DNA from: Gammaproteobacteria bacterium | GTDB lineage: Bacteria; Pseudomonadota; Gammaproteobacteria; Eutrophobiales; Eutrophobiaceae | Reading direction: 5' to 3' | DNA length: 64,000 bases | Assembly: GCA_965215365.1 (NCBI GenBank) | Contig: CBDCDS010000003.1 | Location: 1,600,001 to 1,664,000, forward strand | In this document: positions 8,954-17,910 of the stretch, one piece after another | How the letters are laid out: the number at the start of each line of letters is the position of its first letter | Numbering within the stretch: position 1 is the stretch's first letter | The notes under the pieces: generated by a model | Told to the model about the DNA's origin: nothing | Databases searched by the model: none | The model's input: only the letters and a program-made list of their open reading frames with translations | Position numbers and translations under genes: made by a program

Positions 8954-10045
8954 TCATACATTAAACCGGAACAGTATCACGTCGCCGTCCTGCACTATGT
9001 AGTCTTTGCCCTCCAGGCGCCATTTGCCGGCGGTTTTGGCGCCTTGTTCGCCTTGGCACTCGATGAAGTCGTGATAGGCGATGACCTCGGCGCGGATGAA
9101 GCCTTTTTCAAAATCGCTGTGGATGGCGGCGGCGGCGCGCGGGGCGGCGGCACCCTTCTTTATGGTCCAGGCGCGGACTTCGTTGGGGCCGGCGGTGAAA
9201 AACGTGAGTGTGTCCAGCAATTCATAACCGGCCCGGACTAGGCGGTGCAGGCCCGGTTCGGTCAGACCGAGGTCGCGCAGAAATTCGATTTTACTCTGCT
9301 CGTCCAGGTCGCCCAGTTCTGTCTCGATAGCGGCAGAGACGACCACCAACCCGGCGCCGTCGGTGGCCGCGCGACGGGTCAGCGGTGCCAGCCAGGGGTT
9401 GGAGGCGATGCCGGTTTCTTCCACATTGGCGACATACAGCGCCGGTTTTTCTGTCAGCAGGCCCAGTTCTGCGGCCAACTCCCGTGCGGGACTGCCCGCC
9501 GGCAGGGTTCGGGCCGCGGCGCCCGTATCGATATGCGTGGCCACGACAGCCAGCCGGTGCGCGCGTTGCAAGGCCTGCTTGTCACCGGTTTGCGCAACTT
9601 TCTCCACCTTCAGCGTTGCGCGTTGCAGGGTTTCCATGTCGGCCAGACTGAGCTCCGTATTGATGGTGTCCAGATCCGCCAGTGGGTCTATCTTGTCGGC
9701 GACATGGATGACGTTGTCATCCTCAAAACAACGCAGCACCTGGGCTATGGCGTGGGTGGTGCGGATGTGGCCCAGGAATTTGTTGCCGAGTCCCTCTCCC
9801 TGTGAGGCACCGGCTACCAGGCCGGCGATATCGACAAACTCCACATAAGTGGGCACGACCCGTTGTGGGCTGACTATGTCGGCGATGGCCCGCAGGCGCG
9901 GATCCGGCACCGGTGCCAGACCGGTGTTGGGTTCGATGGTGCAGAACGGATAATTCCCGGCACCGACCGCGGCCTGGGTCAAGGCATTGAACAAGGTCGA
10001 TTTGCCCACATTCGGCAAGCCGACGATGCCGCATTTGAAGCCCAT
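8954..10045 (-). CDS. ychF: Redox-regulated ATPase YchF
   Basis: MGFKCGIVGLPNVGKSTLF, NYPFCTIEPN, DIAGLV, C-terminal TGS domain FRFNV. Confidence 0.97.
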   Translation of the reverse strand: MGFKCGIVGLPNVGKSTLFNALTQAAVGAGNYPFCTIEPNTGLAPVPDPRLRAIADIVSPQRVVPTYVEFVDIAGLVAGASQGEGLGNKFLGHIRTTHAIAQVLRCFEDDNVIHVADKIDPLADLDTINTELSLADMETLQRATLKVEKVAQTGDKQALQRAHRLAVVATHIDTGAAARTLPAGSPARELAAELGLLTEKPALYVANVEETGIASNPWLAPLTRRAATDGAGLVVVSAAIETELGDLDEQSKIEFLRDLGLTEPGLHRLVRAGYELLDTLTFFTAGPNEVRAWTIKKGAAAPRAAAAIHSDFEKGFIRAEVIAYHDFIECQGEQGAKTAGKWRLEGKDYIVQDGDVILFRFNV

Positions 10046-10055
10046 TGTTGGTTTA

Positions 10056-10092
10056 CCCCTCCCCCGGTCTCCCTCCCTCGAGGGGAGGGGAG
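10056..10092. repeat. REP-like C-rich/G-rich hairpin between pth and ychF
   Basis: cccctcccccggtctccctccctcgaggggagggggag. Confidence 0.55.
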
Positions 10093-10150
10093 ACGTAAAT
10101 GTCAGCACCAGTTGCCATCACCCATTCAAGAGGAGGTAAGAGGCGGAAAT

Positions 10151-10744
10151 TCACTCTTTGGCTGTTGCCTGGCTGTGCAAACGGTGCATGGCTTGTTCCA
10201 GCTCGCCGGCGAACAGCAGAGGCATGACCTCCAGGCCACTTTGCAGGGCCTGTTCGATCCGCGTGGCATCGTCGCGCTCGGGCCGCCCCAGCACATGCGC
10301 CAGCACCCGGGATTTATCGCCCGGGTGGCTGACCCCTATTCTCAGCCTCAGATAGTCGCGCCCACCCAGCTTTTCGCTGATGTCGATGAGTCCCTTGTGG
10401 CCACCATGGCCGCCGCTTTTTTTCAGGCGTATCACGCCGGCGTCCAGGTCTATTTCATCGTGGATGACCAGTATCCGTGGCAGTTCAATACGGTAATAGT
10501 CGGCAACCGCGTGCAGCGCCCGTCCGCTGTGGTTCATAAAGGTGGTCGGTTTTAACAGCAGACAATCGAGTGCTGGCGTGTTGATGCGGGCCAGCTCACC
10601 GAAGAATTTTTTTTCGGGCGCAAACCGGACCTGGTGTGCCGCTGCCAGCCGGTCCAGGAACCAGAAACCGGCGTTATGGCGCGTAGCGGTATAATCCGCG
10701 CCGGGATTACCCAGCCCTGCAATGAGTTTCAATCTGGCCAGCAC
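10151..10744 (-). CDS. pth: Peptidyl-tRNA hydrolase
   Basis: GLGNPG..Y..TRHNAGF, KPTTFMN.SG, HDEID, GGHGGH. Confidence 0.97.
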   Translation of the reverse strand: MLARLKLIAGLGNPGADYTATRHNAGFWFLDRLAAAHQVRFAPEKKFFGELARINTPALDCLLLKPTTFMNHSGRALHAVADYYRIELPRILVIHDEIDLDAGVIRLKKSGGHGGHKGLIDISEKLGGRDYLRLRIGVSHPGDKSRVLAHVLGRPERDDATRIEQALQSGLEVMPLLFAGELEQAMHRLHSQATAKE

Positions 10745-10761
10745 TATACGGGGGGTGCCCG

Positions 10762-11424
10762 CTACTGTTCTTCTGCCTGTGTTTCCTCCGCGGCCTCCAG
10801 CTCCTCCTCTGTCTCCGCCTGCTCCATTTCCTCCTCTTCCATAGTCCCTTTGGGCAAGCTCACGGTCGCCACCGACGCCGACGCATCGCCGCCGGACAGC
10901 AGCGCATAAATTTCGACCCCTTCGGGCAGGACGACATCGCTCAGGTGTACCGACTCACCCACATGCACCTGCGCCATGTCTACATCGATATATTCCGGCA
11001 GGTTGGCCGGCAGGCAGCTTATTTCCAGTTCGGTCATAATGTGGCTGATCACGCCGCCGTCGGTCTTCACCCCCACGCACTGGTGTTCGTTCACAAAATG
11101 CAGTGGCACTCGCATGGTGATTTTCTGTTTCTCGTCAATGCGCAGGAAGTCGATGTGCAGCAGGTCAGGCTTGAAGGGATGTCTCTGTAAATCCTTGACC
11201 ACTACCTGTTCGCTCTGCGTATCCACATTAAGGGTCAGAATACTTGAGTAAAATACCTCCCGATCCAGGCGGTGCAATATATCGTCATGCACTAACGAAA
11301 TGGACTGCGGGTCCTTGCCGGCACCGTAAACAGTGCCGGGAATCCGGCCTGAGCGGCGCAGCCGGCGGCTGGCACTTTTCCCCAGGTTGTTGCGGGGCTC
11401 TGCATTTAATTCATTAACTTGCAT
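10762..11424 (-). CDS. rplY: 50S ribosomal protein L25 / general stress protein Ctc
   Basis: GKSASRRLR, DLQRHP, HIDFLR, CLPANLPE; acidic tail. Confidence 0.95.
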   Translation of the reverse strand: MQVNELNAEPRNNLGKSASRRLRRSGRIPGTVYGAGKDPQSISLVHDDILHRLDREVFYSSILTLNVDTQSEQVVVKDLQRHPFKPDLLHIDFLRIDEKQKITMRVPLHFVNEHQCVGVKTDGGVISHIMTELEISCLPANLPEYIDVDMAQVHVGESVHLSDVVLPEGVEIYALLSGGDASASVATVSLPKGTMEEEEMEQAETEEELEAAEETQAEEQ

Positions 11425-11434
11425 TTCACAGCTC

Positions 11435-12388
11435 TCAATCAATAAACATTGAACTCAGCGATTCCCCCTCGGAAATGCGCCGAATACTCTCCGCCAGCAT
11501 GGTGGCGACGCTGAGCCGGCGAATTCTAGCACAATCCGCGGCGGCTGCGCGCAACGGGATGGTATCCGTTACCACCAGCTCATCGAGTTGCGAGGCGTTG
11601 ATATTGCTTAGCGCCGGGCCTGACAGCACCGGGTGGGTGCAATAGGCAACGACCCGGGCGGCGCCGCAATCCTTCAGGGCATTGGAAGCATTGCATAGCG
11701 TGCCTGCCGTATCCACCATATCGTCGACGATGATGCAGGTCCGATCTTTTACGTCGCCAATGATATTCATAATCTCCGACTCGTTGGCCTTGGGCCGGCG
11801 CTTGTCGATAATGGCTAGGTCGGTATCGTCCAGCCGCTTGGCGATGGCGCGCGCGCGCACTACGCCGCCCACATCGGGTGATACCACCATCAGTTGTTCA
11901 TACCGGTGTTTCCAGATATCACCGAGCAGCACCGGGGACGCGTAGACGTTGTCCAACGGCATATCAAAAAATCCCTGGATCTGGTCGGCATGAAGATCTA
12001 CCGTCAAGACCCTGGAAATACCAGTGACTCCGATCATGTTCGCCACCACCTTGGCCGTGATAGGTACCCGAGCCGACCTTGGTCTGCGATCCTGGCGGGC
12101 ATAACCCATGTAGGGGAGCACCGCGGTGACGCGCCCTGCCGAGGCCCTGCGCAAGGCATCGGCAATGATCAACAATTCCATGAGGTTGTCATTGGCCGGC
12201 GCACACAAGGGTTGCAGGATAAACACGTCACGCCCGCGCACATGCTCTGCGAGCTCCACCATGATCTCGCCGTCACTGAAACGGCCCACGCTGATTTTAC
12301 CCAGCGGCATGTTCAGCTCACGCGCAATAGCTGCTGCCAGTTCCGGATTGGCGTTGCCGGAAAACAGCATCATATCAACTAGTGACAT
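11435..12388 (-). CDS. prs: Ribose-phosphate pyrophosphokinase
   Basis: [40 protein letters not shown]. Confidence 0.97.
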   Translation of the reverse strand: MSLVDMMLFSGNANPELAAAIARELNMPLGKISVGRFSDGEIMVELAEHVRGRDVFILQPLCAPANDNLMELLIIADALRRASAGRVTAVLPYMGYARQDRRPRSARVPITAKVVANMIGVTGISRVLTVDLHADQIQGFFDMPLDNVYASPVLLGDIWKHRYEQLMVVSPDVGGVVRARAIAKRLDDTDLAIIDKRRPKANESEIMNIIGDVKDRTCIIVDDMVDTAGTLCNASNALKDCGAARVVAYCTHPVLSGPALSNINASQLDELVVTDTIPLRAAAADCARIRRLSVATMLAESIRRISEGESLSSMFID

Positions 12389-12431
12389 TTTGTCTCCGAA
12401 CCTGTCAGGCGAATGATTACGGGTGTTTTAA

Positions 12432-12538
12432 GGTAATCTCTAAATGCTCATGATCGGGTTACTGCACACCCCGAATGTATGTAAATTTTCAAAATTTACA
12501 TAGCAAAAACGCCATCCGTAGCATTTTTAGAGGCACCC
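12432..12538. repeat. Family A repeat derivative between tRNA-Gln and prs
   Basis: ggtaatctcta ... tagaggcaccc termini; aaaaacgccatccgtagcattttt hairpin shared with other copies. Confidence 0.75.
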
Positions 12539-12546
12539 TTTAGAAT

Positions 12547-12621
12547 TGGCTGGGGCGCCAGGATTCGAACCTGGGAGTGCAGGGATCAAAACCCTGTGCC
12601 TTACCACTTGGCCACGCCCCA
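12547..12621 (-). tRNA. tRNA-Gln(TTG)
   Basis: TGGGGCGTGGCCAAGTGGTAAGGCACAGGGTTTTGATCCCTGCACTCCCAGGTTCGAATCCTGGCGCCCCAGCCA; usual position upstream of prs. Confidence 0.97.
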
Positions 12622-12696
12622 ACAAGACCCGCGTACTCCAGCAAGTCCCCGCACAGCGCGACGTTTAACGGGACTCTGGCGGGAAACGGCGGTTCA

Positions 12697-12712
12697 GGCG
12701 CGCATTATAACA
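12697..12712 (-). promoter_or_regulatory. Putative extended -10 promoter with GC-rich discriminator for tRNA-Gln/prs
   Basis: Minus strand TG-T-TATAAT-GCGCGCC; no convincing -35. Confidence 0.5.
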
Positions 12713-12730
12713 CAGGCAGATGCGCGCAGC

Positions 12731-13789
12731 TCAGGAAGTTGTGTCGGTCGGATAGTGAGACCGCAGCGATTCATGGTAGGGGCTGCGCAAAATGCCCCGT
12801 TCGGTGATAATGCCCGTAATCAGCTCACCGGGCGTGACATCGAAGGCGGGGTTGCGCACTTTTACCGCCTCGGGCGCGGTGCGGTGGTTGCCCCAGCAGG
12901 TGATTTCTTGCGGCGCCCGTTCCTCGATGGGAATGTCTGCGCCACTGGCCGCATCCGGGTCGATGGTCGAATACGGTATGGCGACATAGAACGGGATGTG
13001 GAAATGGCGCGCCAGGATGGCGATCCCCAGAGTGCCGATCTTGTTGGCGGTGTCGCCGTTGGCGGCAACCCGATCAGCACCGGTGATGACCAGGTCGATA
13101 TTCCCCTGCGCCATCATAGTGGCCGCCATGTTGTCGCAGATCAAGGTGACGTCGATACCAGCCTGCAGCAGTTCCCAGGCCGTCAGGCGCGCGCCTTGCA
13201 GCAGCGGTCGGGTCTCGTCTGCATAAACCCGGAAGTCAATACCATCCCGGTGCGCCAGATACATGGGCGCAGTGGCGGTGCCCCACTCGGCTGTCGCCAG
13301 CCAGCCGGCATTGCAGTGGGTCAGGATGCCCATGCCGGGTTTAATCAGGGGCCTGCCGGCTTCGCCAATGCTGCGGCACAGGCGCCGGTCTTCCGCGTCG
13401 ATGCGCAGGGCCTCTGCCAGTAATTCCGTATGGATGTCCTGCGGGTCGGCGCCGCTCAGCGCTAGCCCGCGTTGCACCATCCGGCGCAAGGCCCAGCGCA
13501 GGTTGACCCCGGTCGGTCGGGCGGCTTCTAGGTAGTCCGCCTGCTGCCGCATTTCCTTGATAAAGCGGTGCCGGTCCAGGTGCACTTTGTCGCGCAACGC
13601 CAACACTAGGCCGTAGGCACCGGCGATGCCGATGGCCGGCGCCCCACGCACCTTGAGTTGTCGGATGGACTCCCGTACCTGGGTTGCGGAAGTCTGGCGC
13701 TGCACCACAATCTCCTGCGGCAACAGGGTCTGGTCGAGCAGGTACAACTCGCCATCCTGCCAGCGTACTGCCTGAACGGTGTCTGTCAT
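12731..13789 (-). CDS. mtnA: S-methyl-5-thioribose-1-phosphate isomerase
   Basis: LLDQTLLP, VRGAPAIG, ARPTGVNL, LTHCNAG, DETRPLLQGARLT, NKIGT, NPAFDVTP. Confidence 0.95.
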   Translation of the reverse strand: MTDTVQAVRWQDGELYLLDQTLLPQEIVVQRQTSATQVRESIRQLKVRGAPAIGIAGAYGLVLALRDKVHLDRHRFIKEMRQQADYLEAARPTGVNLRWALRRMVQRGLALSGADPQDIHTELLAEALRIDAEDRRLCRSIGEAGRPLIKPGMGILTHCNAGWLATAEWGTATAPMYLAHRDGIDFRVYADETRPLLQGARLTAWELLQAGIDVTLICDNMAATMMAQGNIDLVITGADRVAANGDTANKIGTLGIAILARHFHIPFYVAIPYSTIDPDAASGADIPIEERAPQEITCWGNHRTAPEAVKVRNPAFDVTPGELITGIITERGILRSPYHESLRSHYPTDTTS

Positions 13790-13864
13790 GTTACACTTCT
13801 GCGTTTTTGATGGATGTTTACTAGCGCGCATACAGCGCGTACAGAGTAGCACGCGTCACTCCCC

Positions 13865-15043
13865 ATGAGATCAAAGAAATCGAAAAAATTGGAACCATTG
13901 TCGGATGCTGAGCCGTTATTGCTGACCCCGGGGCCGTTAACCACGTCCGCGCGCGTCAAACAGGCCATGCTGCACGACTACGGCTCGCGTGACAGCCGTT
14001 TCATCGAACTCAACCGGCGTATCTGCACCGGGCTGCTGTCCCTGTGTGACGCTGGCCAGACCCATTTGTGCATCCCCCTGCAGGGCAGCGGCTCGTTCGC
14101 GGTGGAAGCGATGATCGCCAACCAGTTACCTGGGGAGGGAAAACTGCTGAACCTGGTGAACGGCGCCTACGGCCACCGTATCACGGAAATCTGCCGCTAC
14201 CTGGGACGGGAGGTCAGCGTGCTGGAGACGGCGGAACACCTGCCGGTTGACGTGGCCGCCCTGGAGCAGGCGCTGACGTCGGATGCCGGTATTACCCACG
14301 TGGCGGTCGTTTACTGTGAAACCACCTCGGGCATAATGAACCCGCTGGCGCAGGTTGCGCAGGTGGTTGCCGCGCATGGGCGCAAGCTGTTGATCGATGC
14401 CATGAGCGCTTTCGGCGCGCTACCTCTGAGCGGTGCCGATATTCCCTTTGCGGCGCTGGCCGCATCCGCCAACAAGTGCCTGGAAAGCGTACCGGGACTG
14501 GGGTTTGTCATCGCAGAACAAACCACCTTCGCAGCCACCGCAGGCAACGCCCACTCGTTGAGCCTGGACCTGTACCAGCAATGGCGCTATCTGAACGACA
14601 CCGGCCAATGGCGCTTTACGCCCCCCACCCACTGCTTGCTGGCGCTGCATGAAGCCCTGCATCAACTTGAAGAAGAAGGCGGCGTAGCAGCGCGCCGCCG
14701 CCGTTATCAGGACAACTGCCGGACGCTGGTACAAGGGATGCGGGCACTCGGTTTTGAAACCCTGTTGCCCGACCACCTGCAAGCGCCCATCATCGTGACA
14801 TTCCTGCCTCTACAGCATGAGGCATTCAGCTTTGAAGAGTTCTATCGCCGCCTCAGCGACAAGGGCTTCGTGATTTATCCGGGCAAACTAACGCAGCAAG
14901 AAAGTTTCAGGATCGGCTGCATCGGACAGGTAACCCCGAACCAGATAAGCGCGGCAGTATCGGCGGTAGCTCAGGTGTTGCAGGAGCTGTCGCCGGCGCT
15001 CTCCTGTTCGTTATTCCGGCGCAAGCCGGAATCAAGTCGATAA
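13865..15043 (+). CDS. phnW: 2-aminoethylphosphonate--pyruvate transaminase
   Basis: LLTPGPLTTS, QGSGSFAVEA, CETTSG, DAMSAFG, SANKCLE, QWRFTPPTH, FVIYPGKLT. Confidence 0.92.
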   Translation: MRSKKSKKLEPLSDAEPLLLTPGPLTTSARVKQAMLHDYGSRDSRFIELNRRICTGLLSLCDAGQTHLCIPLQGSGSFAVEAMIANQLPGEGKLLNLVNGAYGHRITEICRYLGREVSVLETAEHLPVDVAALEQALTSDAGITHVAVVYCETTSGIMNPLAQVAQVVAAHGRKLLIDAMSAFGALPLSGADIPFAALAASANKCLESVPGLGFVIAEQTTFAATAGNAHSLSLDLYQQWRYLNDTGQWRFTPPTHCLLALHEALHQLEEEGGVAARRRRYQDNCRTLVQGMRALGFETLLPDHLQAPIIVTFLPLQHEAFSFEEFYRRLSDKGFVIYPGKLTQQESFRIGCIGQVTPNQISAAVSAVAQVLQELSPALSCSLFRRKPESSR

Positions 15044-15098
15044 AATATGGTAACCTCTAAAGGTCACCTCTAACCCGCATATTTCATCAGGTACGGGT
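15009..15098. repeat. Cluster of small repeats: REP-like hairpin, two family A termini and a family B mini-element
   Basis: cgttattccggcgcaagccggaatca; ggtaacctcta; ggtcacctcta; acccgcatatttcatcaggtacgggt. Confidence 0.7.
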
Positions 15099-15104
15099 TG
15101 ATAT

Positions 15105-16412
15105 ATGAATATTGAAATAGTGATTAGTATAACAGTTGTTATGACGGCAGTTATCGCGGCGGTGGTGACCTGGATTTTTGCTGCAAGGAAAACCGCAACA
15201 CTGAATCAGGAAAATACCGAATTACAAGTTGAAAACAAGCAATTAAGCGGCGAAGTTGAAAATTTGAAGGGTATCCGGGCGGAGCGGGATAAGCACCACA
15301 AAGAGCAGCTGGAACAGTTCAGCGAACAAAAAGAAGCGCTGAAAAAGGAATTTGAAAATCTGGCTAACAGGATTTTTGAAGAAAAAGGAAAGATGTTTTC
15401 GGAAACAAGCAAGTCTTCTCTGGACGTGATGTTGAAACCTTTCAGGGAACAACTGCAAGGCTTTCAAAACAGAATCAACGAAATCCACACGGAGTCGGTT
15501 AAGGGAAATACCAACCTGGGGTCGGAAATCAAAAGGGTTCTTGACGTTGGGTTAAAGATGCAGGAAGAAGCGAATAACCTGACTGCCGCATTGAAAGGCA
15601 ATTCACAACAACGGGGGGCATGGGGCGAAGCCCAACTGGAGCGCACGTTGCAGCTGAGCGGTTTACAGGAGGGCCACCATTATGACGGCCAGGAAAGTTT
15701 CAAGGATCCTGAAGGAAAAACAAAACGAACCGATTACGTGGTGAAGCTGCCGGATGGAAAACACCTGGTCATTGACAGCAAGGTAAACCTGCCTGATTAC
15801 GACAGGGCGGTGGCGGCCCGGACTGATGAGGAAATAACGGTTGCCCTAGAAGCGCATGTCTCAGCGGTGAAAAGGCATATTGATAATCTGGCAGCCAAGG
15901 ACTACACAAACCTTATCGGCGTTAACAGCCCCAGCTTCATATTGATGTTCATGCCGATTGAACCTGCTTATATTGAGGCGTTAAAACACGACCGGGAACT
16001 TTTTAACTATGGTTTCCAGAAGGGAATTGTCCTGGTTTCCCATACCACGTTGATTCCGATATTGAGGACCGTTGCTAATCTGTGGATGCTGGAACAGAGC
16101 AACAAGCAGGCTCGTGAGCTCGGCGACAAGGCACTGGATATATATAATCAGGTATGCACGGTCGCAGGACATGTGTGCAAGTTGGGCGGCTCCTTAAAAA
16201 CAGTGGGGAATCATTACAACTCTGCGGTAACTTCCTTGGTAGGGCAGCAAGGCCTGTACGGAAAGGTTGAGCGCTTCAGCGAGTTCTCAAGCAAGATGAA
16301 AAAGGAAATGCCCAAACCGGAACCGGTGCACCTAGAAGGAGAAGATCAAAGATTGAAGCTAGAAGCCAAGCCATTGAGCGACGAGCCACCTGTCATCGGC
16401 TCAGGGGATTGA
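15105..16412 (+). CDS. rmuC: DNA recombination protein RmuC
   Basis: N-terminal TM plus coiled coil; GAWGEAQLE, DYVVKLPDGKHLVIDSK, MFMPIE; more AT-rich than flanks. Confidence 0.9.
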   Translation: MNIEIVISITVVMTAVIAAVVTWIFAARKTATLNQENTELQVENKQLSGEVENLKGIRAERDKHHKEQLEQFSEQKEALKKEFENLANRIFEEKGKMFSETSKSSLDVMLKPFREQLQGFQNRINEIHTESVKGNTNLGSEIKRVLDVGLKMQEEANNLTAALKGNSQQRGAWGEAQLERTLQLSGLQEGHHYDGQESFKDPEGKTKRTDYVVKLPDGKHLVIDSKVNLPDYDRAVAARTDEEITVALEAHVSAVKRHIDNLAAKDYTNLIGVNSPSFILMFMPIEPAYIEALKHDRELFNYGFQKGIVLVSHTTLIPILRTVANLWMLEQSNKQARELGDKALDIYNQVCTVAGHVCKLGGSLKTVGNHYNSAVTSLVGQQGLYGKVERFSEFSSKMKKEMPKPEPVHLEGEDQRLKLEAKPLSDEPPVIGSGD

Positions 16413-16433
16413 CCCACTCTTGCCAGGACAATA

Positions 16434-17702
16434 CTACAACCACCCCGCCGGTACTTGAATAATGTCGGGTGTAACCCATTTAACTTGTTCGCCCTGATTA
16501 ACCAGCAAGCCCATCGGCAAGTCGTTATCCTTCACAAAACCTGTCAGGGATTTCAGGCTGCTGCGTTTGACTGAGCTGCCGTATTTGATTTCAACGGGCA
16601 AAACGCCGAACGGGCCTTCAATAATCAAATCAATTTCCGCGCCGCCTCGAGTTCGGTAATAGTGTGCGGACCAGTTGCTTACCAGAGTTGCTTCAAGGCC
16701 TTTAATCAACTCATCACACACGTAAGCCTCGAAAGAAGCGCCGACGACCGGGTCTGTCATCAATTCATCCACGCTGTGTATCCCAAGCAGGTGATGCAGC
16801 AAGCCGGAATCCCTTATGTACCCTTTGGGCATTTTTGTGATGGACTTTGTGACGGAACCCTCAAAGCAGCTCAGTTTCCGCCAGATATACGTGCCATGAG
16901 CAATATCAAGATAGTCGCGGATGCTCGATTCACTTGCTTCAACCGCCCTTCCTATATGGCTTTTGTTGATAAGTGTGCCGGATAACTTGCACAACATGGT
17001 AAGAAATCGTCGGTATCTCTGACGATTGAGTTTTGGAAACAGCTTTGCAATATCCCGGTTGATATACGTATCCCGGTAATTATCCATCCAGACTGCATGG
17101 CGCTGTGGGTCGTCGGCAAGCGCTGGCTCCGGGTATCCTCCGTAGAACCAGCGTCGTTGTACTTGTTCTTTGCTGAGTGGCGGCGCGCCGGCAACGGGGA
17201 TGGCTTTGCTCAATCCGGTTTCAAAAAGTGAGTAAAACGGACTCAGCGGCAGCTCGTAATACTCATTACTCTTGAACGTACCCAGTTCAACGATGGCCAC
17301 ACGGCCGGCCAGCGTTTCCGATATTTCGGTGATCAAGGTGGGACTGCTTGAACCCGTGAGAATAAACCGCCCGTTTTTCTTTCTCTCGGCATCAATTACG
17401 CCACGCAGTGTCTTGAAGATATGAGGATATTCCTGAGCCTCGTCAAGAATCAGTGAGGCCGGGTGCTCAGTGAAAAAAAATGACGGATCATAGCTCAAAC
17501 GATCCATATCCTCAGGACGTTCAAGATCTACATAAGTCCAGTTTTTTCCGAGCGCTTTGGCAAGCGTGGTTTTCCCGGTCTGTCTTGCCCCCAGGATGGC
17601 CACCGCCGGGAACCACTCCAACAGTTTAAGGCATTTAGAGTAAACATTTCTGTTTTTGTCTGTCATTTTCGTGATCATCTCACGAAAATGACATATAAAC
17701 AA
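16434..17702 (-). CDS. AAA_14 ATPase with DUF4143 and C-terminal PD-(D/E)XK-like domain (start may be ATG at 17666)
   Basis: GARQTGKT, ILDEAQ, FILTGSS, LAGR, GGYPE, DSGLL, EIDLIIE...VEIK. Confidence 0.88.
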   Translation of the reverse strand: MFICHFREMITKMTDKNRNVYSKCLKLLEWFPAVAILGARQTGKTTLAKALGKNWTYVDLERPEDMDRLSYDPSFFFTEHPASLILDEAQEYPHIFKTLRGVIDAERKKNGRFILTGSSSPTLITEISETLAGRVAIVELGTFKSNEYYELPLSPFYSLFETGLSKAIPVAGAPPLSKEQVQRRWFYGGYPEPALADDPQRHAVWMDNYRDTYINRDIAKLFPKLNRQRYRRFLTMLCKLSGTLINKSHIGRAVEASESSIRDYLDIAHGTYIWRKLSCFEGSVTKSITKMPKGYIRDSGLLHHLLGIHSVDELMTDPVVGASFEAYVCDELIKGLEATLVSNWSAHYYRTRGGAEIDLIIEGPFGVLPVEIKYGSSVKRSSLKSLTGFVKDNDLPMGLLVNQGEQVKWVTPDIIQVPAGWL

Positions 17703-17806
17703 CAGGTGGTGCCGGATGATGGGTTCGAAACTGCCGGATAGGGTAGCACCTAAGCAGAGGCGGTAAAAACTTTATGACCTGTCAAGGATGGGGATTCTTG
17801 GAAGTT

Positions 17807-17896
17807 TCTTCCCGGCCAGGTGTCCGTATCAATATCGGCGCGCACGGAGCCGGTCAGCAGGTAACGACCGGGGCGACTGTCAGAATCTACCGCTGT
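17807..17896 (-). pseudogene. Fragment of a second AAA_14/DUF4143-type ATPase
   Basis: Translates TAVDSDSRPGRYLLTGSVRADIDTDTWPGR, homologous to VIDAERKKNGRFILTGSS in the neighbouring gene. Confidence 0.65.
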
Positions 17897-17910
17897 GTAA
17901 TAGGGACGCC

